Shown here in pieces: positions 46,998-57,400 of a stretch of 64,000 bases of DNA. Position 1 is the stretch's first letter. Each line of letters opens with the position of its first letter. The stretch is from positions 124,001-188,000 of IMG/VR virus record IMGVR_UViG_3300028676_000003; one strand, written 5' to 3'. The notes under the pieces are model-generated. The model ran no database searches. It was not told where the DNA came from and saw nothing but the letters and a program-made list of their open reading frames with translations. A program made the translations under genes and the position numbers.

Positions 46998-48419
46998 ATG
47001 GCAAAAATTGATAAGAATAGTTTGGGTTACTTAGGTTATGAATACCAAGTACGATTATTAGCACAAATTCTAACAGATAGAAAATTCGCTAATTCCATTC
47101 TAGATATCGTTGACCCTAATTATTTCGAAGACCAGTACTTAAGAGTTATTGCCGCAACTATCAAAGATGCGAAACGTGTAGACGATATTGTACCTGATGT
47201 AGGTAGTTTAGAATTTAGATTATTAAAAGATGTGAAAGATGACATACAAAGAAAGTATGTCATCTCACAACTTCGTAAAGTCCAAGAAGCCAATCTAAAC
47301 GACACATTAGAGGTTCAAGATATCGCTATGAAGTTCTGTAAACAACAAGAGTTGAAGAAATCAATAGCTGAAATTACCAAAATCATCAACAAAGGTGATA
47401 TCGAAAATTATGACCAATGTGAAGCAATCCTTAGAAAGGCGTTGGAACACGGTGATAACAAAGATGATGGTATGGACGTATTGGATAACATCGCTGATGT
47501 TTTGGTGGAAGATTTTAGAAAACCAATCCGTACTGGAATTGAAGGATTAGATGAAATTATGGACGGTGGATTGTCCAAAGGTGAATTAGCTGTTATCCTA
47601 GCACCATTCGGTGTTGGTAAAACAACAATGATTACCAAATTCGCAAACACGGCCATGTTAGATGGTCACAACGTTTTACAAATATTCTTTGAAGATAATC
47701 CAAAGGTTATCCAAAGAAAACACTTATCATGTTGGTCAGGTTATGATTTAAATAGTCTTTCGCTTCACAGTGAAGAAATTTTGGCTATGGTCGAAGGAAT
47801 GGCTAATGATGGTAAAAAAGGTAAGTTAAGGCTTAAAAAGTTTTCAAGTGATGGAACAACGATTCCAGTTATTAGACAATACATTAGAAAATTAATCGCA
47901 AGTGGATTTAGACCTGATTTAATTTTATTGGATTACATTGATTGTGTTGAACCGTCAAGAAAATTCGATGATGTTAACGCAGGAGAAGGAAGTGTTATGC
48001 GTCAATTCGAAGCAATGCTTGCGGAATTGGACATGGCAGGGTGGACAGCTATTCAAGGTAATAGAAGTTCGATTAAAGCAGAGGTAGTTGAGGCTGACCA
48101 AATGGGTGGTTCTATTAAGAAAGCACAAATTGCTCACTTCGTATTATCTATTGCAAAAACACTTGAACAAAAAGAGGATGATACCGCTACAATGGCGATT
48201 CTTAAGTCTCGTTTTGGTAAATCAGGTGAGGTATTCGAAAACATTCGATTTGATAACGCAAGAATTCAAATTGATATGGGTCAAAGCAATGGTGCTAGAA
48301 CTCGTACAGAATACAAGCAAGATAAAGAGGTTACAGACCAAGTTAAGATAAATGCAGTATTGGCGGCCGCTGAGAATCGCAAAAAATTACTTAACGGAGT
48401 TACTGTAGTGCCTCAATAA
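46998..48419 (+). CDS. Replicative helicase (DnaB / T4 gp41-like)
   Basis: [49 protein letters not shown]. Confidence 0.92.
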   Translation: MAKIDKNSLGYLGYEYQVRLLAQILTDRKFANSILDIVDPNYFEDQYLRVIAATIKDAKRVDDIVPDVGSLEFRLLKDVKDDIQRKYVISQLRKVQEANLNDTLEVQDIAMKFCKQQELKKSIAEITKIINKGDIENYDQCEAILRKALEHGDNKDDGMDVLDNIADVLVEDFRKPIRTGIEGLDEIMDGGLSKGELAVILAPFGVGKTTMITKFANTAMLDGHNVLQIFFEDNPKVIQRKHLSCWSGYDLNSLSLHSEEILAMVEGMANDGKKGKLRLKKFSSDGTTIPVIRQYIRKLIASGFRPDLILLDYIDCVEPSRKFDDVNAGEGSVMRQFEAMLAELDMAGWTAIQGNRSSIKAEVVEADQMGGSIKKAQIAHFVLSIAKTLEQKEDDTATMAILKSRFGKSGEVFENIRFDNARIQIDMGQSNGARTRTEYKQDKEVTDQVKINAVLAAAENRKKLLNGVTVVPQ

Positions 48420-48439
48420 AAGAAATATTAACAATTAAA

Positions 48440-49393
48440 ATGAATGAACCAATATTAGTTCCTAATGACAATAGGTTTGTTTTATTTCCAATTGAACATG
48501 ATGACCTTTGGGGATTTTATGAAGAATCGTTAAAGGCAATGTGGACAGTAAGTGAAGTAGACTTATCAAAAGACGTTGACCATTGGAATAATAAATTAAC
48601 AGACAATGAAAGATTTTTTGTCAAAAATGTTTTAGCATTCTTTGCGGCTTCAGATGGAATCGTAAATGAAAACTTAGCGATAAACTTCTTGAATGAAGTA
48701 CAGTATACAGAAGCGAAGTTCTTCTATGGTTTTCAAATCATGATGGAGAATATACATAGTCATATGTACTCTTTGCTTATTGATACGTACATCAAGGATA
48801 TTAAAGAAAGAAACGAATGTTTCAAAGCTATTGAATACATGCCACCAGTTAAGAAAAAAGCTGAATGGGCCCTTAAATGGATTGAATCAGATTCATTTGT
48901 TGAAAGACTGATAGCGTTTGTAGCTGTAGAAGGTATTTTCTTCTCAGGTTCGTTCTGTAGTATTTTTTATCTTAAATCACGTGGTCTAATGCCAGGACTC
49001 TGCGACTCAAACACCTTCATCAACAGAGATGAATCAATGCATGCCGATTTTGCGATACACTTGTTAAACAACCACATCGTAAACAAAGCATCAAAGGAGA
49101 GAATAACTGAAATTTTATTATCAGCTCTAGAAATCGAAAAAGAATTCATTACTGAATCACTTCCAGTTTCACTAATCGGAATGAACTCTGATTTAATGAA
49201 ACAATACCTAGAGTTTGTTGTTGACGGTTTATTAAACCAATTACAATGTGATAAAGTATTCAATGCTTCAAACCCATTTGAGTTTATGAACCAAATTGCA
49301 CTGAAAACGAAGACAAATTTCTTCGAAGGACGTTCAACAGAATACAAAGCGGCTGATTTAAGCGGTCCAATCTCATTTGATGAGGAAATATAA
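48440..49393 (+). CDS. nrdB: Class Ia ribonucleotide reductase small subunit
   Basis: [22 protein letters not shown] (radical Tyr), [23 protein letters not shown]. Confidence 0.95.
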   Translation: MNEPILVPNDNRFVLFPIEHDDLWGFYEESLKAMWTVSEVDLSKDVDHWNNKLTDNERFFVKNVLAFFAASDGIVNENLAINFLNEVQYTEAKFFYGFQIMMENIHSHMYSLLIDTYIKDIKERNECFKAIEYMPPVKKKAEWALKWIESDSFVERLIAFVAVEGIFFSGSFCSIFYLKSRGLMPGLCDSNTFINRDESMHADFAIHLLNNHIVNKASKERITEILLSALEIEKEFITESLPVSLIGMNSDLMKQYLEFVVDGLLNQLQCDKVFNASNPFEFMNQIALKTKTNFFEGRSTEYKAADLSGPISFDEEI

Positions 49394-49419
49394 TAAAGAG
49401 TACAAGAACTAAAACACTA

Positions 49420-51732
49420 ATGCAAGTAATTAAAAGAAATGGTAGTAAAATAGATTTTAATCCAAATAAAATCTTAAGCAGAATTAAAAAACAATCAGAA
49501 GGGTTAAAAGTTAATCCTGATGATGTCTTCATCAAAGTAACACAGGGTATTGCTAACGAAATGACGACAAACGAATTAGATGATTTAATTTCAGTGGTTT
49601 CAGAATCACTAGCAATGAATCATCCTGATTATTCAAAATTAGCGGCAAACATCGCAATTAGTAAGCTACATAAAGAAACTGAAGATTCTTTCATGAAAGC
49701 AATCAAGAAGATGTACAACGCTGGATTGTTAAACGATTCATATTTCAATAAAGTTAAAGAAAATATTGAACTTATCGAATCAACAATCGATTATAAAAGA
49801 GACTACCATTTCGATTACTTTGGTTGGTGTTCATTAAAAGATATCTATCTTTTGAAAACAAAAGGGAATGTAATTCTAGAAAGACCTCAACAAATGTATG
49901 TTAGGGTTGCACTGATGGTAACAAATACACCTGAAGATTTCATTGAGAAATACAATGACTTAAGCCAACAAAAAGAGAGCCCAGCTACTCCGCTTAAGAT
50001 GAATATTGGTACTAAGATTGGACAGATTGCATCTTGTAACCTTTCAATAGTACCTGACGATTCAACTGATGGTTTATTAGGTATCTTGAATAGAATTGCT
50101 GTATCATCTTCAAAAGCTGAAGGTATTGGTCTTGCAATTTCTAACATTCGTTCAAAAGAAAGCAATGTAGGTAATTCTAATGGAAAAGCTGGTGGACTTT
50201 TGAAATACCTTAAGGTTGTAAATGAAACACTTAGATTTTGGAATCAAAGAGGTAAGAGACCTGGGTCTTGTGCGGTATACATCGAGCCTTGGCATAAGGA
50301 TATCTTCGACGTATTAGATATCAGAAAGAAAACAGGTCAAGAAGAATTAAGAGCTCGTGATTTATTTACAGCACTTTGGATTCCTGACAATTTCATGAGA
50401 GCTATTGAAGCAAATGGAGATTGGTACCTGTTTTGTCCGCACGACATAAAATTAGCTGGTTTAAAGCCACTTTATGAGATTTATGGTGACGAATATGAAG
50501 CAGAGTATAATAAGGCCGTAGAGCTTGGAATTGGTACCAAGATTAAAGCGCATGATTTATGGTTGAAAATCCTTGAAGCACAAATTGAGACAGGAATGCC
50601 TTATATGTGTTTTAAAGACCACGCAAACAAAAAGTCAAACCAAAAGAACATCGGAGTAATTCACAGTTCTAACTTGTGTGCTGAGATTATGGAAGTTACT
50701 GACGCTAAAACGACAGCAATTTGTACCCTTACAAGTATTCCACTTCAAAAATTCGTGGTTGATGGTAAATACGATTTCTTAGGATTAGGTAAGGTTACAC
50801 GTTCTATTACAAAGTCACTTAACATTGCCTTGGAAGTAAACGAGTATTCAACTGAAGAAGGACGTAAAGGTGGACTTGAACAAAGAGCCCTAGGTATAGG
50901 AACTCAAGGACTTGCAGATGTATTTGCTATCCTTAAGTTAGAGTTTACTGGAGCTGAAGCTAGAAAGCTTAATAAAGAAATTTATGAAACAATCTACTTC
51001 AACGCACTTAGAGAATCTTGTAACTTGGCAAAAGAAAGCGGATTAACTTATGATGGTTATGAAGGTTCACCAATATCTGAGGGTATTTTCCAATGGGAAA
51101 TGTGGGGACTTACTGAAGCTGATTTAAGTGGAATGTATGATTGGGCTGGACTTAGAGCTGATATCTTGTTATACGGTGTAAGAAATTCACTTGTAACATG
51201 TGAGCCACCAACAGCTAGTTCTGCTCGTGTAATCGGTTCTAACGAAGCATTTGAAGCTTTTACTTCAAATCTTTATGTACGTAGAGTAACAGGTGGTGAG
51301 TTTGCTATGGTAAACAAACACTTGGTTAGAGACTTAGAAGCTGAAGGATTATGGAATAGAGAAACGCTTAGTGAATTGATTAAAAATGAAGGTAGTGTAC
51401 AAAACATACCAACAATTAGTCAAGAAATCAAAAATAGATACAAAACTGTTTGGGAGTTATCACAAAAAGCACTTATTGAAATGTCTGCAGAAAGAGGTCC
51501 ATTCATTGACCAATCTCAAAGTCTTAACATTTTCTTCTCTACACCAACAGTAGGAAAATTGACTACTTCACACATGTTATCATGGAAGTTAGGTTTAAAA
51601 ACTGGTCAATACTACTTAAGAAGTGAATCAGTAGAAATGAAAGCGAAGCACTTAGCTATCGACGTTTCTAAACAAAAAGAAGTCGAAAGACCAACTGAAA
51701 GCCAATTCGAATGTGTTGGTTGTTCATCTTAA
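49420..51732 (+). CDS. nrdA: Class Ia ribonucleotide reductase large subunit with ATP cone
   Basis: N-terminal VIKRNG ATP cone, ASCNL, SNLCAEI, AICTL, PTASS, YYLRS, C-terminal CVGC. Confidence 0.96.
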   Translation: MQVIKRNGSKIDFNPNKILSRIKKQSEGLKVNPDDVFIKVTQGIANEMTTNELDDLISVVSESLAMNHPDYSKLAANIAISKLHKETEDSFMKAIKKMYNAGLLNDSYFNKVKENIELIESTIDYKRDYHFDYFGWCSLKDIYLLKTKGNVILERPQQMYVRVALMVTNTPEDFIEKYNDLSQQKESPATPLKMNIGTKIGQIASCNLSIVPDDSTDGLLGILNRIAVSSSKAEGIGLAISNIRSKESNVGNSNGKAGGLLKYLKVVNETLRFWNQRGKRPGSCAVYIEPWHKDIFDVLDIRKKTGQEELRARDLFTALWIPDNFMRAIEANGDWYLFCPHDIKLAGLKPLYEIYGDEYEAEYNKAVELGIGTKIKAHDLWLKILEAQIETGMPYMCFKDHANKKSNQKNIGVIHSSNLCAEIMEVTDAKTTAICTLTSIPLQKFVVDGKYDFLGLGKVTRSITKSLNIALEVNEYSTEEGRKGGLEQRALGIGTQGLADVFAILKLEFTGAEARKLNKEIYETIYFNALRESCNLAKESGLTYDGYEGSPISEGIFQWEMWGLTEADLSGMYDWAGLRADILLYGVRNSLVTCEPPTASSARVIGSNEAFEAFTSNLYVRRVTGGEFAMVNKHLVRDLEAEGLWNRETLSELIKNEGSVQNIPTISQEIKNRYKTVWELSQKALIEMSAERGPFIDQSQSLNIFFSTPTVGKLTTSHMLSWKLGLKTGQYYLRSESVEMKAKHLAIDVSKQKEVERPTESQFECVGCSS

Positions 51733-51748
51733 CAACATTAAACTAAAC

Positions 51749-51777
51749 AAAAGGACTCCAATCGGGGTCCTTTTTTT
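51749..51777 (+). terminator. Intrinsic terminator after nrdA
   Basis: AAAAGGACTCC-AATC-GGGGTCCTTTT followed by T run. Nearly identical to 43009. Confidence 0.85.
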
Positions 51778-51835
51778 ATTTGCCATATTTACTTCTAAAA
51801 AATAATTAGTATATATTTATCTAATAAACAATAAC

Positions 51836-52222
51836 ATGGCAAACGGAAAATTCATAAACATAAACTATCCATTCAAGGATAGCAAAAAGGGTTTCTTCTT
51901 AGATTTAAATGATGAAGATTCTCAAGCAATCAAAGCAGATTTACTACATTTGATACTTACTAGAAAAGGTCAAAGACTCTACAATCCAAACTTTGGAACT
52001 GATTTGATTAAATTCATTTTCGAACCTGAAGATGGAATGACTCTAAATGCAATCAAGCAAGAAATAACTTCAGCGGTAAAAATCTATTTACCAAAGCTTC
52101 AATTAGATGATATTTCTATTGAAGAATCAACTGAGAGCGAATATGCGGCAGTTGTAACAATAAAATACACAATAAGTGATGATGTTTTTAGTACTAAAGA
52201 TATCGTAGTTGTAAAATTATAA
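51836..52222 (+). CDS. Baseplate wedge subunit (T4 gp25-like)
   Basis: AIKADLLHLILTRKGQRLYNPNFGTDL...FEP. Confidence 0.9.
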   Translation: MANGKFININYPFKDSKKGFFLDLNDEDSQAIKADLLHLILTRKGQRLYNPNFGTDLIKFIFEPEDGMTLNAIKQEITSAVKIYLPKLQLDDISIEESTESEYAAVVTIKYTISDDVFSTKDIVVVKL

Positions 52223-52227
52223 TTAAA

Positions 52228-54048
52228 ATGGCAAATCAAGGAATACAATATACTTCAAGAAACTTCGCAGACATTAGAACTGACTTAATAAACATGGCTA
52301 GACAATACTATCCTGATATCTTTAATGATTTTAATGATGCATCGGTAGGTATGATGCTTTTAGAGCTAAATGCGGCCGTAGGAGACATGCTTTCGTTTAA
52401 TACCGATAGAATGTTCCAAGAAACACAAATTGACTACGCTACGGAAAGAAAATCAGTTTTATCACTTGCTAGAACCTTCGGATTAAATATCCCAGGAAAG
52501 CGTCCAAGTGTAACAATCGTTGATTTCAGCGTAACCATTCCAGTTCTAGGAGATACATTCGATATCTCATATGCACCAATAATAAAAGCAGGTTCACAAG
52601 TAACTGGTGGTGGAAAGGTATTCGAAGCTTCAGACGATATCGATTTTTCAAGTCCGTTTACAATAGGTGGAATTCCAAACAGAATCATCATTCCTAATTT
52701 CAATGCAAATGGGAATCTTTTAAACTATACTGTAACAAAAAGAGAGATTGTTCTAAATGGTTATACAAAGACTTTTAAGAGAGTTATGACAGCATCTGAT
52801 GTTAGACCATTCCTAGAAATAGTTCTTCCTGAAAACAACGTATTATCGATTGAATCAATCATTACACTTAGTGGGACCAATTTCATTCAAGACCCAAGCC
52901 TTGGAGACTATTTAAACTTGGATAACCAATGGTTTGAAGTTCCAGCACTTGCAGAAGATAAAGTTTTTATTGAAGATAATTCAAGAATCTCAGATAATCC
53001 AGGTGTACGCCCAGGTAAATGGATATCAGTAAACAAGAAATTCATCAAAGAATACACCGATTTAGGGTTCACAAAAATCATACTTGGTGGTGGTTCACAA
53101 GACCTAAGCAGTATTTCACAATTCGATACAAATTCAGCACTTGCTGGACAAATAGGAAATTTCATAAATAATATGTCTTTAGGTACTGTTCCAACAGCTA
53201 ATACAACAATGTTCATTAAGTATCGTGTTGGTGGTGGTGCTGATACAAACTTAGGACCTAACGTATTAAGAGGTGTAGGTGTGTTGAGTATTGATGTTAA
53301 CGGGCAAGACAACACAATTAACCAAGCGGTAAAGAATTCACTTAAAGTAAACAATGCTTTCCCAGCACTAGGTGGTAAAGATTCTCCAAGCATAGATGAA
53401 ATCAAGAATATGGTGAGATATAATTTTGCTTCTCAAAATAGAGCGGTAACAATTAAGGATTATCAAACGAGAATTGCTCAGATGCCTGGGAAATATGGGG
53501 TTCCATTTAGATGTGGAGTATTTGAAGAACAAAATAAGATAAAAACTTACATTCTTGGACTTGATGCCAGCTCTAAATTAACAAACGAATCAACAAGTGC
53601 TCTTAGAGAGAATATTGCGACATACTTAGCTGATTATAGAATGCTTAATGACTACGTTCAAATTACCAATGGTAGAATCATAAACTTGTCATTCGAGATT
53701 GATTTATACATTGATAAAAAGGTTCCATCATCTCAAATCATATCACAAGTAATCACGGATGTACAACAATACTTGGATATCAATAAATTCCAAATGGGTG
53801 ATAACATTTATATCTCTCCGCTTATTGAAACAATCAATAATGTTGGTGGTGTTATGAACGTTACAGATATCAGAATATTCAACAAGGTAGATGAAGGAAT
53901 TTATAGCCTTAATGAAATTTCACAACCTTACATTGATGAAACAACAAGACAAATCGACTTAAGTGATGATTATACTCTTTTTGGTGAGCCAACTAGTATG
54001 TTTGAGATTAAATTCCCGACAAAGGATATTGTATGTAGAGTAAAATAA
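52228..54048 (+). CDS. Baseplate wedge subunit (T4 gp6 / baseplate J-like)
   Basis: SRNFADIRTDL, LLELNAAVGD, KYRVGGG, ALGGKD.PSIDEIK, QNRAVTIKDY. Confidence 0.88.
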   Translation: MANQGIQYTSRNFADIRTDLINMARQYYPDIFNDFNDASVGMMLLELNAAVGDMLSFNTDRMFQETQIDYATERKSVLSLARTFGLNIPGKRPSVTIVDFSVTIPVLGDTFDISYAPIIKAGSQVTGGGKVFEASDDIDFSSPFTIGGIPNRIIIPNFNANGNLLNYTVTKREIVLNGYTKTFKRVMTASDVRPFLEIVLPENNVLSIESIITLSGTNFIQDPSLGDYLNLDNQWFEVPALAEDKVFIEDNSRISDNPGVRPGKWISVNKKFIKEYTDLGFTKIILGGGSQDLSSISQFDTNSALAGQIGNFINNMSLGTVPTANTTMFIKYRVGGGADTNLGPNVLRGVGVLSIDVNGQDNTINQAVKNSLKVNNAFPALGGKDSPSIDEIKNMVRYNFASQNRAVTIKDYQTRIAQMPGKYGVPFRCGVFEEQNKIKTYILGLDASSKLTNESTSALRENIATYLADYRMLNDYVQITNGRIINLSFEIDLYIDKKVPSSQIISQVITDVQQYLDINKFQMGDNIYISPLIETINNVGGVMNVTDIRIFNKVDEGIYSLNEISQPYIDETTRQIDLSDDYTLFGEPTSMFEIKFPTKDIVCRVK

Positions 54049-54110
54049 GGTTTCCTTATTGTTTCAAAATAACTATATTTGTTGAATAACAAATAATTAA
54101 ATAAATTAAA

Positions 54111-54464
54111 ATGGGTTGTAATTGCAAATCGGGGAATCCAAAGATGGATGAATCCTCATATAAAATAGGAAAAAAATCAGCATTAGAAATGGGACTACAT
54201 TATACTGCTAAGATAATAGGTTTTTTAGTTGGTGTGGTTTTATCACCTTTAATGTTACTTGGTATTCTTTGGTTTATGTTTGATATTATTGTTTTGAACA
54301 AAAATGTTGATTTAACCATTATCATGAAGAAAATCGTTAAGATTCACAAAGCCGTAATGGAAGAAGATGAATTGGAAGAAGAAGATGAAGAATATGATGA
54401 AAACTTCGATGAAGAAGATTACGTAACAATAAACGTAGAAGACCTAACACCAAAAAGCGAATAA
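54111..54464 (+). CDS. Small membrane protein (MGCNCK N-terminus, acidic C-terminus)
   Basis: Hydrophobic IIGFLVGVVLSPLMLLGILWFMFDIIVL. TATATTTG at 54074-81 upstream. Confidence 0.65.
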   Translation: MGCNCKSGNPKMDESSYKIGKKSALEMGLHYTAKIIGFLVGVVLSPLMLLGILWFMFDIIVLNKNVDLTIIMKKIVKIHKAVMEEDELEEEDEEYDENFDEEDYVTINVEDLTPKSE

Positions 54465-54465
54465 A

Positions 54466-57400
54466 ATGTCAAATAGTATTAGAATAAGAACAACACCAAA
54501 TGGTGAAGATAAATACCTTAAGGTTAACCTTGAACAAGACTTCGATTTTCTTGAAATTCTTTCTTTAAAGATATCACAAGAAGATGCTTATAGAAACTTT
54601 TGTTCAGACTATGGTGTTGTTGTTGGTAGAGTAGTAATTAACAGCGGTTTTGGAGTACCAAATGCCAAGGTTAGTATATTTGTACCAATTGATGAAATCG
54701 ATAGCTTAGACCCTGAAATAAAGGGCCTATATCCATATGAAATAGTTTCAGATAAAAACATAGATGGAATTAGGTATAATCTTTTCCCTAAAACGTCAGA
54801 AACAGATAATGAGTGCTTTACACCAATAGGTACATTTCCAAGCAAGAGAGAAGTTCTAGATAACGACATACTTTCAGACATATACTCAAAATACTATAAA
54901 TTCACCACAAATACAAATCATGCTGGTGATTTTATGATTTTTGGGGTACCTCTTGGTACGTATGTTCTTCACGTAGATGCCGACTTATCAGATATTGGAA
55001 TTGCTTCACAAAGACCATATGATAGCATCAGCCAAGGAACACCAACCAAGTTTTTTGATAGTCCAACCAAGTATAAAGGTGGTACAAACTTAGATACCCT
55101 TATTCAGGTTAAATCTGCGAATATGGGTGTTAATGTGCAACCATTTTGGGGAAGCCAAGATAATTGTGAGATTGGGATTACAAGAGTTGATTTAGACTTA
55201 AATTATAATATCATTCCTTCTGCAATGTTTATGGGAAGCCTTTTTGGTGACCAAGACAAGGATTCTGTTAATAAAAACTGTAGACCTAGAAAGGGTCTTG
55301 GTGAATTATGTAGCCAAATTTCAGGTGAAGGAACAATCGAAATGATTAGAGAAACTATTGATGGTGGAATTGAATCATTTGATGTTGAAGGTGGACGTGT
55401 GATTGATTCTGACGGTACTTGGGCCTACCAAATACCTATGAATTTAGATTATATGGTTACAGACGAATTTGGTAACCTAGCACCTTCTGATAATCCAAAT
55501 GTTGGACTTGCGACAAGAGCCAGCGTTCGTTTCAGAATTGGTATGGATGAAACAGGTGGAATTGGTAGACTTAGAACAAGAGCCAAGTATTTAATACCAC
55601 ATAATCCAAGTCTTGGAGTACCAAGTGAAATTGACTACGAATTTGGACCTAAAACTAAAAAAACAAGCTTTAGAAGCCTTTATTGGAATAAGATTTATTC
55701 AGTAAATAACTTCATAGCAAGATTTCAGCCAAATGGTACTGTAAGAAGCCGTAACATGACTGGTATCAAGGATGTTGATAGTTGTGTTGGTACAAAGAAT
55801 CCATTTCCGTATAACAAAGTAAATACAAGCTTTAGCCCAATCTTCTTCATTATTTGTTTATTGATTAAGATTGTTGGTGGTATCATTTATATTTTCAATA
55901 ATGTACTTATTCCAGTTATCAATTTTGTTATTGGTATCATTAAAGGAATCTTTGATGCATTATGTGGTGTAAAACTCCCAGGTGGTAAACGTCTATTTAA
56001 ATTTGCTTGTAAATCTTGGGAATATGTACCTTGTATTTTCATCAAGTGCCCATTTGATGGGGAAGGAGCCATCTATGCCCCAGGTTGTAAAAAAGGTTCA
56101 AGAGGATTCGATGCAGTACAACCACCACCGAATTATTATCCAAACGATGGTTTCTGTCACGGTAAAGGATTCTTAGACCTTGCAGGTTTAGATGACTGTG
56201 TGGCGGCAACTATGGCTGTAGAATTAAACCTATTCCAATTCGATTTCTATAATGATTGGATAAATGGTAGTCTTTTCCATTTCTTATTAAAATATAAGAG
56301 AAGAAAAAATTCAGGAAAGTTCTGTGAATTTGATTGTGATGATTTTGAGGGTTCTTCAATGAATGATTGTCATACAAACTATATCATGGACACTTGTTAT
56401 GATGGTGGAGATAATTCAGAAGACAAATCATATTCAACAACAATAAGAGAAGGTCTTATAAAAAAGGTTGGTAATGATTTCTATTATGCGGCCAGTACTC
56501 ACGATGCTAGAGTTAAGATGTTTGCAACAGATATAATCAACTTAGGAAGTGTATTCAGTTGTGATTGGCAAGGTGTGCCTAAGATTCAACAATACTTGAT
56601 TCCAACAACATATAAATTACCACCAATTACACAAGAACTTCTTGAAGAAGATAATAAGATAGTAGATGTTTCAGGTCAATTTAATATTGGTTGTGAATCA
56701 AGCTCATTATTCTTTAAGATTAACTGTTTGGGTATTGAATCAAGTTACAGAAACTGTTTAAATATCAGACACATATCAGAGTTTGGAGTTGAATTAGATG
56801 AGTATCGTTTTGCTTCTAACGGAACACCTATTTTTGTTGATGGTATCATTAGTATGGCAGATATAGATGCAGATGAGAATGGTGGAAAATGGGTTAGAGA
56901 TGTATTTTATGGTCTTAATAAGAACAGAGAACAATTCAATTTAAATTTCCCATTTACAACAAACTTTAATATCGGCCAACCACTTCCTGAAGCTACATAT
57001 GACTTTACAAGTTATGCAAGCAACGGTGTTGATTATGTTGATTTTAGAGGGTATGCTTTGAATTCTAAAAATTCGTTTTCACAACCTAAAAATTCATTCT
57101 TTTTCTATTTTGGTTTAAATCCAAGTAGTTCAGGTTTAGATAAATTAAATCAAAGATTCTTTACACCTTGTACTGCTATTGTAGAAGATGAATTCATCAT
57201 TGAAATTAAAACAACTCCAACAACTCGTCAAACTACAGCTGATGCAACAATGACATTTAATTTTGTTAATGGAACATCACCGTTTACATACAGTGTAAGT
57301 GGACCAAACTCATACCTAAGAACTGGTAGTGTGATTGGTAGTTCAGCTACAACGCTAACAGGTTTAGCTGTTGGTACATATCAAATAACAAGTACAGATG

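Noticed and set aside
9528-51732. Inteins or group I introns in the polymerase, RecA-like, helicase, nrdA or nrdB genes
   Set aside because: Catalytic motifs are contiguous, ORFs are uninterrupted, and no C/S...HN splice junctions or LAGLIDADG blocks were seen.
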